A DNA stretch of 64,000 nt from a virus. Location of the stretch: positions 132,878 to 196,877 of IMG/VR virus record IMGVR_UViG_3300030419_007641, one strand, 5' to 3'. A program made the position numbers and the translations under genes. The notes under the pieces are model-generated. The model was not told the origin of the DNA, did no database searches, and saw only the letters and a list, made by a program, of their open reading frames with translations. Below are positions 1 to 8,672 of this stretch, piece after piece. Every line of letters begins with the position of its first letter. Within the stretch, counting starts at the first letter, position 1.

Positions 1-197
1 ATTACCTTCTTAACTAGATCCTTTTTAAGCTTTCGCTTTTCAGTAATAAGATCGTTTCTTTTAATTTTGGCCTCTACTAGTCTCCCTACCCAAAAATGCT
101 TACGAGCCGGGAGTCTTTGCTGTTGTTGTTTAAGGTTTAAATCATTGAGTACTAGATCTTCTCCGATCTCTTCCATGTACTTTTTTAGCAATTTCAC
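1..197 (-). CDS. uvsY: UvsY-like recombination mediator, 3'-truncated by the window edge (not in the ORF track)
   Basis: Manual translation from GTG at 197: MKLLKKYMEEIGEDLVLNDLNLKQQQQRLPARKHFWVGRLVEAKIKRNDLITEKRKLKK, resembling the T4 UvsY N-terminal helix pattern; sigma70-like promoter upstream. Confidence 0.6.
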   Translation of the reverse strand, partial: MKLLKKYMEEIGEDLVLNDLNLKQQQQRLPARKHFWVGRLVEAKIKRNDLITEKRKLKKDLVKKV

Positions 198-203
198 AAT
201 ATT

Positions 204-231
204 ATTATAAATATTATTGTAATGGAATCAA
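204..231 (-). promoter_or_regulatory. sigma70-like early promoter TTGATT-N16-TATAAT for the uvsY-like gene
   Basis: Plus-strand ATTATA at 204-209 and AATCAA at 226-231; start codon 6 nt beyond the -10 element. Confidence 0.6.
206..213 (+). promoter_or_regulatory. T4-type late promoter TATAAATA
   Basis: Exact T4 gp55 consensus 8 nt before the ATG at 222; TAAATA recurs before most structural genes. Confidence 0.7.
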
Positions 232-614
232 GAGGCAGATTTGAACAGTTATTCTTTAAAGTGTTAAAAGAGAACAATACCGCGGGGGCAGGTGGGTCTT
301 TAGGTGAACCTGACGTACCGTATGCTAATGATGATGCGAGAATACCTAAATTATTAGGACAAGGTAAGGTTCAAACACGTAAAGGATCCACTGGTGGTAA
401 AAAGAATAAAAAGAAAAAAACTGATGGTTTAGATGAGGTGTATCTAACAGGGAAAGAAAATGAAGAAGGTGTCCCCGAGGAAGATGCTGAAAAAAAGAAA
501 GCTGATAGATGTAAGCGTAAAGCAGACTCCGTTTATGGTAAAAAGACGTCTGCTTATAAGTCTGGTGCTATTGTAAGGTGTAGGCAAGGTAAAATCTGGA
601 AGAAAAAGAAGTGA
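222..614 (+). CDS. Small Lys-rich basic protein, probable internal head/DNA-condensing protein
   Basis: Highly basic; C-terminal CKRKADSVYGKKTSAYKSGAIVRCRQG motif resembling small basic proteins of T4-like aquatic phages; late promoter. Confidence 0.55.
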   Translation: MESRGRFEQLFFKVLKENNTAGAGGSLGEPDVPYANDDARIPKLLGQGKVQTRKGSTGGKKNKKKKTDGLDEVYLTGKENEEGVPEEDAEKKKADRCKRKADSVYGKKTSAYKSGAIVRCRQGKIWKKKK

Positions 615-1042
615 GCATGTCCCAAAGAGAAGTTCTTGAAGCTAGTGATTCGTTACGTCAGTGGTTTGATAGAGGTGGTACCGATCCTAAGACTGGTAAG
701 AAGTTTAAAGGGTGGATAAATTGCAAGACAGGGGGCCCTTGTGGTCGTAAATCTAAAAAATCTGGTGGTAGTTACCCGGCTTGTCGACCGACTAAAGCAG
801 CTTGCAAGAGTATTAAGGGTAAGATGTATAAGAAGAAGGGACCGAAGCGGGTTGACTGGAAGAAAAAAAAGAAAAAGAGCGAAAACGCTGAAGATGTACA
901 CAAGCCTGTTAAGCCTGGTATCTTAAAAAAGAGATTAGGTAAGTTATCTTGCAGTAAAGTGAGGGGCGCAAAGGGTAAGTTAAAGGATAAAGGCACTCAT
1001 TACGCAAAAGCACTACAGCGCTATTTAAATTATCACTGTTAA
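611..1042 (+). CDS. Small basic Cys-containing protein, probable internal head protein
   Basis: LRQWFDRGG..GWINCKTGGPCGR..YPACRPT motif; very Lys-rich. Confidence 0.55.
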   Translation: MSMSQREVLEASDSLRQWFDRGGTDPKTGKKFKGWINCKTGGPCGRKSKKSGGSYPACRPTKAACKSIKGKMYKKKGPKRVDWKKKKKKSENAEDVHKPVKPGILKKRLGKLSCSKVRGAKGKLKDKGTHYAKALQRYLNYHC

Positions 1043-1055
1043 CATAAATATTGTT

Positions 1056-1520
1056 ATGCAATTCGACGAATTAGTACAACGGCTTTTAAAAGAAAATTGG
1101 AAAAAGGGTACATCAAAAGCTCCGAAGGGTGATTCATATGATATGGCTAGAGGAGGCGCGCCTAGTCGAGTAGATGCAGCTAGTGACGGTAGCGGTGGTA
1201 GATATAGACGTACACGCCCGCCAAGCGCACCGTCAAAGAAGACTCATGGGGAGATGGAAGAGATTCCTGCTGAAGATGCTGAAAAAGTCGATAAAGATCG
1301 CATGAAATGTAACAGTCCTCGTCGTACTTCAGGTGGTTCTAAGAAGTTTGTTGTTAAGGCTTGTAAAGACGGTAAAGAAAAGATTGTTCGCTTCGGTGAT
1401 CCAAACATGAGAATCAAGAAGAGTAATCCTAAGCGTCGTAAGTCTTTCCGCGCTCGTCATAAGTGTGATCAAAAGAAGGATAAGTTCTCTGCTGGTTATT
1501 GGTCTTGTAAGAAGTGGTAG
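1056..1520 (+). CDS. DUF6321-like small basic protein
   Basis: KIVRFGDPNMRIKKSNPKRRKSFRARHKCD..SAGYWSCKKW motif; CATAAATA at 1043-1050. Confidence 0.65.
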   Translation: MQFDELVQRLLKENWKKGTSKAPKGDSYDMARGGAPSRVDAASDGSGGRYRRTRPPSAPSKKTHGEMEEIPAEDAEKVDKDRMKCNSPRRTSGGSKKFVVKACKDGKEKIVRFGDPNMRIKKSNPKRRKSFRARHKCDQKKDKFSAGYWSCKKW

Positions 1521-1915
1521 ATTTAGGTCATTGGAAGGGAGTCCTCGAAGAGAGCGTAGACTTACCTTACGGATTCATTTATAAGATAACAAATCTTACT
1601 AATGACAAGAAGTATATCGGTAAAAAGCAGTGCCAGACTGTTAAAAAACGACCACCATTAAAGGGTCGAAAGAATAAGCGACACGAAACCGTAGAAACTG
1701 ACTGGAAAACCTACACTTCTTCTTCAAACGAACTCAATGAACATATAAGAGTACACGGAAAAAATAATTTTAAGTTTGAAATCTTGAGATGGTGTGATTC
1801 AAAATGGGAGTTGAGTTATTATGAAGCTAAGCTACAATTTGAAGAAGAAGTATTGTTAAAAGATGACTACTATAATGGAATCATCAACCTTAGAATCGGT
1901 AAACGACGAAACTAG
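1514..1915 (+). CDS. GIY-YIG family endonuclease (stand-alone, Seg-like)
   Basis: GFIYKITN..KKYIGKK, Y(T)SSS, FKFEIL and YYEAKLQF motifs. Confidence 0.8.
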   Translation: MVDLGHWKGVLEESVDLPYGFIYKITNLTNDKKYIGKKQCQTVKKRPPLKGRKNKRHETVETDWKTYTSSSNELNEHIRVHGKNNFKFEILRWCDSKWELSYYEAKLQFEEEVLLKDDYYNGIINLRIGKRRN

Positions 1916-2375
1916 TCATATATATGTGCCGAATATTCACAAAACTATCATTAATCTTAATTATTTCTTAGCTAAATCTTTCAAAGAGTATAATTATCAT
2001 CTTGTCGAAAATGATTTAAAGTTAAAACGCCATGATAAAAATAAGCTTGGTATACATTTTATCTTAAAACAAGTAATTGAGGCAGTTAATACTGATAAAG
2101 AGCATAAAAAGCTGTTTTATTATAGAATGGATAAAAAATATCTGGAATATCAGCTTGTAAAGCGCATCTTTAACGTGTTACCAAGTATAATTAAGTATGG
2201 AAAAGTAGCATTTAGACAGTTTATTAAGGAACAAGACTATGAAGTATGGAAAAGTCCTTCTACTGCTAAGTTATCCTTCCAAAACTTCCGAAATTTTCTT
2301 AAGAGGTATGATTTAAAGCATTTAGAAAAAGAGTTTCTTGCAGATGTAAATATAAAACTTTCATTACTTCCATAA
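1863..2375 (+). CDS. Hypothetical protein
   Basis: 170-aa ORF in a co-directional cluster; start uncertain. Confidence 0.5.
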   Translation: MTTIMESSTLESVNDETSHIYVPNIHKTIINLNYFLAKSFKEYNYHLVENDLKLKRHDKNKLGIHFILKQVIEAVNTDKEHKKLFYYRMDKKYLEYQLVKRIFNVLPSIIKYGKVAFRQFIKEQDYEVWKSPSTAKLSFQNFRNFLKRYDLKHLEKEFLADVNIKLSLLP

Positions 2376-2383
2376 ATATATAC

Positions 2384-2839
2384 ATGAGTAAGTTTCTTGA
2401 ATTGGTAGAAGAAAACAATCCCGAAAAAGATATTGACGCCCTTACAGATGCTAAAAGATCTTTACAGCGACTTTTATTAAAGAGTAAAATTGAAGCACAC
2501 GGAAAGGCTTTTGAAGATATAATACGTGTAAGGCTAGATGACGGTCGAGTTGTTGAGCTAGAGGTTAAAGATGTTCAACACCCAGTTGAAGATCAGGAAG
2601 TGACAATAGATAAAGGAAATACTGAATTTAATGTAGATGATGCTGTTGAGGGTCTTGGAGCTAAGGCAGCAACGGGACTAAAGGGGTTTGGCGCCAAAAT
2701 ACTTGGTACTGCAGCGCAAAACGCAAAGGCTGCTGTAGAGGAGCGTGAAAAGTTGGGTAAAGATGCCACAGGATTATATAAAGCTAAAAATAGACAGTTT
2801 AAGAAAGCTATACAGGACGAAAAAAAGGGTGGATATTAA
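2384..2839 (+). CDS. Hypothetical late protein, probable internal head protein
   Basis: CATAAATA at 2371-2378; N-terminus MSKFLELVEE. Confidence 0.55.
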   Translation: MSKFLELVEENNPEKDIDALTDAKRSLQRLLLKSKIEAHGKAFEDIIRVRLDDGRVVELEVKDVQHPVEDQEVTIDKGNTEFNVDDAVEGLGAKAATGLKGFGAKILGTAAQNAKAAVEEREKLGKDATGLYKAKNRQFKKAIQDEKKGGY

Positions 2840-2843
2840 CAGT

Positions 2844-3419
2844 ATGAAGACCTTAAGATTAATAGAGCGTTACATGAGACTGCTCGAGCAAGATGATGCT
2901 GAAGTAGAAAAAGTTGATGTTGTAGAAACTGAGCCAGAGCCAGTTGATCCAGGTCAGCAGGCAATTGCTGAGTTGATAGCTGCTGCGTTTGCGTATCCTC
3001 CGACAAATGATGATTCGGCTACAATTGAAGAGATAGAGGAATTAATAGTGGGTACACATAATCAAGCGCCGAATACATCAGATACAAATCCAAGAGAATT
3101 AATTATTAGTATAATAGGCAAATTACCGGAAAAATTACAAAAAATATATACTGTAGGCCCTGCAGAAGGAGCAAACCCTTATATTACACCTGAGTCGGAG
3201 ATACCGTTATCCCAATTATTAGCTAATGCATTTAAATACAGGCCAACTACACATGAAGGTCTTATAGCTACAGCTGTTGTTAACCAGTATCTCGGACCTG
3301 GTATTGAGGATGAGGATCGAGATCCTCAAAAAGTTATCGAGACAATACAAAGACTTCTAGAATTTACAGACGAGCCTCTGGAAGATGAACTCCTAGCTAT
3401 GAATTTAGACGAAAAATAA
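2844..3419 (+). CDS. Hypothetical acidic protein with an internal duplication
   Basis: ATG at 2844 follows the upstream stop; ELIAAAFAYPPT / QLLANAFKYRPT and NPRELI / DPQKVI repeats. Confidence 0.55.
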   Translation: MKTLRLIERYMRLLEQDDAEVEKVDVVETEPEPVDPGQQAIAELIAAAFAYPPTNDDSATIEEIEELIVGTHNQAPNTSDTNPRELIISIIGKLPEKLQKIYTVGPAEGANPYITPESEIPLSQLLANAFKYRPTTHEGLIATAVVNQYLGPGIEDEDRDPQKVIETIQRLLEFTDEPLEDELLAMNLDEK

Positions 3420-3423
3420 TATT

Positions 3424-4770
3424 ATGGACTGGTCATTAGAAAAGATATATAGCCAACAAGTACGTGGTAATATTCCACCGCGTAGACATCTCCATGTGTT
3501 GAGTGAGCAAGACGGGGACGAAAATACTCCGCAAGAGCAGAGGCAAGTAGAGCATACTGTCGATAAGATAAAGGATTTAATTGATGATATCGATATAGAT
3601 CAGAGCGACCCTGATCAAATGAAAAAGCTTTTTAATATTATTTCTGGGTTTGAAGGTTATAGGCCCATTAAACGTACATTAGAGGGTAAGGGGTTTAATC
3701 CTAAAGTATTAAAGAAATATTCTAATGAAATACTATCTTTAATAGTAGATTTACCTAGAGAGGAAAAACAACAATTTTTTGAATTTTTAGAAAGAGGGAG
3801 TGATGTTCAGTTCCCGGAAGCTGAAGATGGTAATTTATATGATTTATTAACTGATGTGGCAGGGGTATCACGTGGTGTTGCTGAAGAGATTATGAAACAC
3901 ACCGGACAAGATGCTGCTAAGCGGGGTGTTGGAATGGGTGAGTTGGCATTAGCTTTATTATTTTCGAATATAGATTCTGCTGGCGGAGTTAAGAGTAAAG
4001 AAGTCGCTGCAGCGGAAGGTGAAAGAGTTAATTATAGCGCTTCAACTATGAGGACGGGATCTAAAAATTATGATCAACGCGCGGTCGATGCATGGAAGCA
4101 AAGTAAAGCGAGACTAGAAGCAGCAAAAAAATTAGGTATAAAGGGTGATCTTGAATTAAATGGAAAAGAATTTGAAATTAAAGGAGAAAATGCATCTCTC
4201 GGACCAACATCTGATGCTATACAGCCGGCAAAAACCAAACCAGCTGCTTTACAGTTCTTAACAGATAGAATGGGTATAACTGTCACAGGTAACGGTTATG
4301 AGGTTGGTGGAAAGCCTGCTGGTAGTCAATTAGGTCATTTTCCAATAGCAGTATCTGAAGCTTATAAGTTAGCTTCAAATGAAGGAAAGGCTCGAGAGTT
4401 TGAACAGTCTTTTAAAGACTATTTAAAACAATTTGGCAAGTTTGATGATGATGTATTGAATAGTAGTGTATATAATACAATCAATTTATCTAATCCAGGT
4501 ACTATTCAGAGAGGTATTGCTGTTTTAAATTTATATAGATACACTAAAGAAGAGGGATTTCCATATTTTATGGCTCATGATGTGGGAGCCGGGGGTGCAG
4601 GTACAGGTAACTATGTATTTGCTGCTGGTGAAACTCCGGAAGAAATAGCTCGTAAAATATATAATAACAGAAAAGTAAAATTCGAAAAAGTAGCCTATAA
4701 CGGATTGAGACCGAGAATCGGATTTTTACCTACATTTGTTGAGGATAATGAAATTGTTGAAAAGTTATGA
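3424..4770 (+). CDS. Hypothetical protein with a putative PD-(D/E)xK nuclease-like motif
   Basis: GVGMGE..; GDLELNGKEFEIKG fits the D-x(n)-E-x-K pattern. Confidence 0.45.
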   Translation: MDWSLEKIYSQQVRGNIPPRRHLHVLSEQDGDENTPQEQRQVEHTVDKIKDLIDDIDIDQSDPDQMKKLFNIISGFEGYRPIKRTLEGKGFNPKVLKKYSNEILSLIVDLPREEKQQFFEFLERGSDVQFPEAEDGNLYDLLTDVAGVSRGVAEEIMKHTGQDAAKRGVGMGELALALLFSNIDSAGGVKSKEVAAAEGERVNYSASTMRTGSKNYDQRAVDAWKQSKARLEAAKKLGIKGDLELNGKEFEIKGENASLGPTSDAIQPAKTKPAALQFLTDRMGITVTGNGYEVGGKPAGSQLGHFPIAVSEAYKLASNEGKAREFEQSFKDYLKQFGKFDDDVLNSSVYNTINLSNPGTIQRGIAVLNLYRYTKEEGFPYFMAHDVGAGGAGTGNYVFAAGETPEEIARKIYNNRKVKFEKVAYNGLRPRIGFLPTFVEDNEIVEKL

Positions 4771-5975
4771 AGAGCTTTAAACTATATTTCGAACATTACT
4801 TAGAGCTTCTAGAAGAAGGTAAGGCTAATACGCACCTTACACACTTAGAGGAACTGATTCTTACAAGAGGTAAGGGTGGTTACGACCAGGCTAAGGGCTT
4901 TTTAACCAATTTACTTGGTCATTTACAAGGAAAGAGCAAGAGAAAGATCGGTACTACGGTAAAATGGGATGGGGCCCCTGCTATTTTTGTTGGAAAACAC
5001 CCCGATAACGGTAAATTCTTTGTTGGTACCAAGTCTATCTTTAATAAAGAGCCTAAAATTAACTATACTGAACAAGATATAGAGGTTAATCACGGACATG
5101 CACCTGGTTTAGCGGACAAGCTTAAAAAAGCTTTAAAAAATTTACGTAAGCTAGGTATTAAGAACATAATGCAGGGTGATTTTATGTTTGATTCATCTTC
5201 GGTTAAGAAAGAGAACATAGACGACGAGGAACATTATACATTTCAGCCTAATACGATCAAATATGCTGTAGAAGCTGACTCGGATCTTGGAAGACAAATA
5301 GCTAACTCTGTATTTGGTATCATATTTCATACAGAATATGATGGTTTAGATAGCCCCGCATCATTTGGTGCTAAAGTTAACCGATTAAACAAGGTTCCAG
5401 GTGTTTGGTTTGACGATGCTTACTTTAAAGATGATACTGGTGTTGTAAATTTAACAGATGACGAGGGAAAGCAGGTTAAAGACTTAATAAAAACTGCTGA
5501 TTCCATTAAAATAGATTACAAGGACTTACCTTCTGATCTTCTCAACCCTTATATTAATACGGAGATTCGAGAAGGTAAGTTCTTAAACGATCCAGAAGAG
5601 TCTTATAGGAACTTTATTGAGTGGTATAACACTCGCATCAATAAAGAGATAGATAAGAGAAAATCTGTAGCTGGAAAGCAAAGATTAGAAGAAACTCTTA
5701 AGCAGAAGACGGCGCAGTTTGAAGCTCAGAAGGATGACATAGTTAATTTGTTTAAGGTTAGTAGCTTATTGTCACAAGCTAAGCAGATCTTTATTAACAA
5801 GTATAATAATGCTGTATATAACACTAAGCACTTCATCGATGAAGGTGAGGGAGTGTTAAGAGTAACTGCTCCTGAGGGATATGTTGCAGTTGATAGGGAT
5901 GGTAATGCTGTTAAACTGGTTAACAGATTAGATTTTAGTTCAGCTAACTTTCAAAAAGATAAACCCGGGTCATGA
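4767..5975 (+). CDS. DUF6267-family protein (ATP-grasp/ligase-like nucleotidyltransferase)
   Basis: NTHLTHLEE, TVKWDGAPAIFVG, FFVGTKSIFN, PEGYVA and KLVNRLDFS motifs typical of this T4-like phage family; KxDG resembles the ligase adenylation motif. Confidence 0.75.
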   Translation: MKSFKLYFEHYLELLEEGKANTHLTHLEELILTRGKGGYDQAKGFLTNLLGHLQGKSKRKIGTTVKWDGAPAIFVGKHPDNGKFFVGTKSIFNKEPKINYTEQDIEVNHGHAPGLADKLKKALKNLRKLGIKNIMQGDFMFDSSSVKKENIDDEEHYTFQPNTIKYAVEADSDLGRQIANSVFGIIFHTEYDGLDSPASFGAKVNRLNKVPGVWFDDAYFKDDTGVVNLTDDEGKQVKDLIKTADSIKIDYKDLPSDLLNPYINTEIREGKFLNDPEESYRNFIEWYNTRINKEIDKRKSVAGKQRLEETLKQKTAQFEAQKDDIVNLFKVSSLLSQAKQIFINKYNNAVYNTKHFIDEGEGVLRVTAPEGYVAVDRDGNAVKLVNRLDFSSANFQKDKPGS

Positions 5976-6544
5976 GAACATTTAGAGAGTATTTTGAAGA
6001 TATGGAGACAAGAGTTGAGCGAATCGCTCTTCTCCCCGGTGGCTTTAAACCACCTACAAAGGGTCACTTTAATGCTTTAAGGTATTTGCTTGATGACGCA
6101 GATAAGGGTATTGTTTTTATTGGTGGTAAGGTACGTGACGGTATTACACCTGAACAATCAGAAAAAATATGGAACATATATGCAAAGTATTTTGATAAGC
6201 CTGTTAAGGTTGTAAGTGTACCAAACCCGGTAAAGGCAGTTTATGACTTTGCTGATGAGCATTTAGACACTACATTGAAGGTTGGTGCTGGCGGCCCTCG
6301 TGAAAATGAAGACGGTACAGTTGACGAAGGTGACATTAAACGTTACAAGTACTTTGAAGATAATGTTGAAAAATATCCATATGTTAATGTAGTTCAAATA
6401 CCAAGTCAAGAGAAAGGCATGCGTGGATCTACAGTTCGAAAAGAGATTGAGAAAGATATTGAGCAGGGCTTGGATTATTTTGTACCAGAAGAGGTTTCTA
6501 TTGAAGATAAGGAATCTATAGAAGAAATATTAACAGGCAATTAA
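5972..6544 (+). CDS. HxGH-superfamily nucleotidyltransferase (cytidylyltransferase/NMNAT-like)
   Basis: PGGFKPPTKGH motif and C-terminal RGSTVR. Confidence 0.8.
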   Translation: MRTFREYFEDMETRVERIALLPGGFKPPTKGHFNALRYLLDDADKGIVFIGGKVRDGITPEQSEKIWNIYAKYFDKPVKVVSVPNPVKAVYDFADEHLDTTLKVGAGGPRENEDGTVDEGDIKRYKYFEDNVEKYPYVNVVQIPSQEKGMRGSTVRKEIEKDIEQGLDYFVPEEVSIEDKESIEEILTGN

Positions 6545-6552
6545 ATAATAAT

Positions 6553-6960
6553 ATGAGAGATCAGAAGCGTAGAGAACAAGCTTTAATGGAGGAGGCTTAT
6601 CAACAGGTAAATGAAAACTGTATGGGGCCTGGTGTAATGGTTACACAAGAGCCGATACAGGCAGTTGATATAGATACAGAAAAATGTGGTGAATATGATC
6701 AATCAGAAATTGATATGGCAGGTAGAGACTTACTAAAAGCACAAGAATATGCTGCTAAGTTAAGCGAAATCGTTCAACAACTACCTGGTCTAGATGGATG
6801 GGTTGCTTCTAAAATTACAAAAGCAGCAGATTATCTCTCTTCTGTGTTTCATTACTTGGATTATGAAGAAAATGAAAAAGAAGTTGCGGTAGATGTACAA
6901 GAAATTGAATTACCGATAGGTCAATTTAACACGGGATACGAAAACGTAGAGGAGACTTGA
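6553..6960 (+). CDS. Conserved hypothetical phage protein
   Basis: WVASKITKAADYLSSV motif familiar from T4-like phage head-associated proteins; TTAAATA promoter. Confidence 0.55.
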   Translation: MRDQKRREQALMEEAYQQVNENCMGPGVMVTQEPIQAVDIDTEKCGEYDQSEIDMAGRDLLKAQEYAAKLSEIVQQLPGLDGWVASKITKAADYLSSVFHYLDYEENEKEVAVDVQEIELPIGQFNTGYENVEET

Positions 6961-6984
6961 CCTTTCTCTTAAATAGCAGTTGCT

Positions 6985-7425
6985 ATGAAGAAATTTAAAC
7001 AGTTTTTTGTTGAAAAGCAGGTATTAGGCCTCATTGAGTTCTTTGACTTAGATGAGGTAGGTAAGATACCTGCTAAACTTGATTCAGGTAACGGTGCTTA
7101 CAATGTCATAAACGGTCAAGACATACAAATTCAAGGAAATAAGGTGTTTTTTAGGACGGAAAACGGTAAAACTCTCTTAAAGGACAAAAAAGGCGACATT
7201 GATATTAACTATGGTGAGGGTAAAATAACGACGAGACCTGTTGTAGAGTTTGATTTTAAAATTGGTAAAAAGGAATTTAAAGGAATTCCATTTAGTATCG
7301 CTGATAGATCAACAAATCTGTATAAAATACTTGTCGGTAAGGACTTTATTGAGAATCATCTTGATGCTCTTATAGATGTCAGCCAAGAAAACATTGCTGA
7401 CGAGGATTATGAAGCAGAATACTAA
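6985..7425 (+). CDS. Retropepsin-like aspartic protease (RimK-associated 'ATP-dependent Zn protease' family)
   Basis: AKLDSGNG catalytic D(S/T)G, RPVVEFD, DRS and ILVGKDF motifs. Confidence 0.75.
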   Translation: MKKFKQFFVEKQVLGLIEFFDLDEVGKIPAKLDSGNGAYNVINGQDIQIQGNKVFFRTENGKTLLKDKKGDIDINYGEGKITTRPVVEFDFKIGKKEFKGIPFSIADRSTNLYKILVGKDFIENHLDALIDVSQENIADEDYEAEY

Positions 7426-7952
7426 TACCAGGTAGGTTTCCAGCGCAATGTCCACGTAGCAAAGTCCTTATCATGCCGAATATACTCTCTATATTTGTCG
7501 ATAGTTGAAAGATTATCAAAACCTTCTACTTTTCTACAATCACAATCATCACTAATAGCTATAGCAAATGGAGTTAGCCCTATTTTTGATGTTAGAATGT
7601 TATGACTATTGTCTTTACACCATAAAATAAACTTTTCGGTAAAATGGTCGTTAGAATCAGGCCATCTATACATCCTTTCCCTAAACATTTCTAAAGTATG
7701 GTCGACTAACCACATAAAGTTATCTTTAGTTTCACGTGCCCATATAGAGCATTGATGTTTAAAGTAACCTTTGCCCCTTTTTCGTGGTTTTCCTGTAGAA
7801 GTCCTAGGTGTTGACGGGTGATTTAACGTTTCTTGATCAAAAGCATGCGCTAACATAATAGCGCCTTCGATTTGCATCTTAGATCTCACATGTTGATCAC
7901 ATAAATTATGTGTAGACTTAATAGGATCCTCGTCAGTTACAAAAATATTCAC
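7422..7952 (-). CDS. Pyrimidine-dimer DNA glycosylase (DenV/Pyr_excise)-like protein
   Basis: MNIFVTD.DP...CDQHV.KM..E..ML, H.CSIWARE and YREY motifs. Confidence 0.7.
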   Translation of the reverse strand: MNIFVTDEDPIKSTHNLCDQHVRSKMQIEGAIMLAHAFDQETLNHPSTPRTSTGKPRKRGKGYFKHQCSIWARETKDNFMWLVDHTLEMFRERMYRWPDSNDHFTEKFILWCKDNSHNILTSKIGLTPFAIAISDDCDCRKVEGFDNLSTIDKYREYIRHDKDFATWTLRWKPTWY

Positions 7953-7974
7953 ACTTTATTGTGGTAATGTTCCT

Positions 7975-8622
7975 TTATTTTTGCCAATCATTTACGAATT
8001 GATAAAATTCACCTCTTGTAGCTACATCACCTAAGAAGTCTTCACTCAATCTACTTGTCTTCATTTCACAACCGTCATGTTTAATACCTCTAAGACAAGC
8101 GCAAGTGTGAGTAGCAGATATCATAACAGCAACTCCTTTGTTACCTTCACAGATTTCGTCAATAGCTTTATGAATTTGCATTGTAAGACCTTCTTGAATT
8201 TGTGGCCTTCTACCATAATGCTCAACAATGCGGTTAAGCTTACTTAATCCAATAACTTTACCTTCCTTAGATGGAATATAAGCTACATGAGCTCTACCGG
8301 TAAATGGTAAGTGATGATGTGAGCAAAAAGACTTAACAGGAATACCACCTTGAAAGACCATTCCATCGTAACCGTCAGAAGGAAAAGCAGTTACATTAGG
8401 TAAATCATTATAACACCCAGCAGCTAAGTCATTTACAAAGGCTTTAGCTACACGTTTAGGGGTATTACTGCTATTAGGATCATTTCGCCAATCGATTCGT
8501 AGAGCATCGAGATATTTCTCATAAGCTGTAGCTGCATCTTCAATTACTTTAAGTTTTTCTTCTTCTGTTAAAGGCATGTTACCATTTGCGGTGGGTAATT
8601 TTGTAATTATAGTACGATCCAT
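7975..8622 (-). CDS. folE: GTP cyclohydrolase I
   Basis: TPKRVAK, SFCSHHHLPFTG, GLSKLNRIV, RPQIQEGLT and HTCACLRG motifs. Confidence 0.95.
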   Translation of the reverse strand: MDRTIITKLPTANGNMPLTEEEKLKVIEDAATAYEKYLDALRIDWRNDPNSSNTPKRVAKAFVNDLAAGCYNDLPNVTAFPSDGYDGMVFQGGIPVKSFCSHHHLPFTGRAHVAYIPSKEGKVIGLSKLNRIVEHYGRRPQIQEGLTMQIHKAIDEICEGNKGVAVMISATHTCACLRGIKHDGCEMKTSRLSEDFLGDVATRGEFYQFVNDWQK

Positions 8623-8672
8623 ATAATATAATTATATATTCAAATATTAATGTTCAAGACTAAATATTATAT

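Noticed and set aside
1514-1915. Group I intron or intein-associated homing endonuclease
   Set aside because: It is a free-standing short ORF with no interrupted host gene; nrdA, nrdB and the other core genes appear uninterrupted
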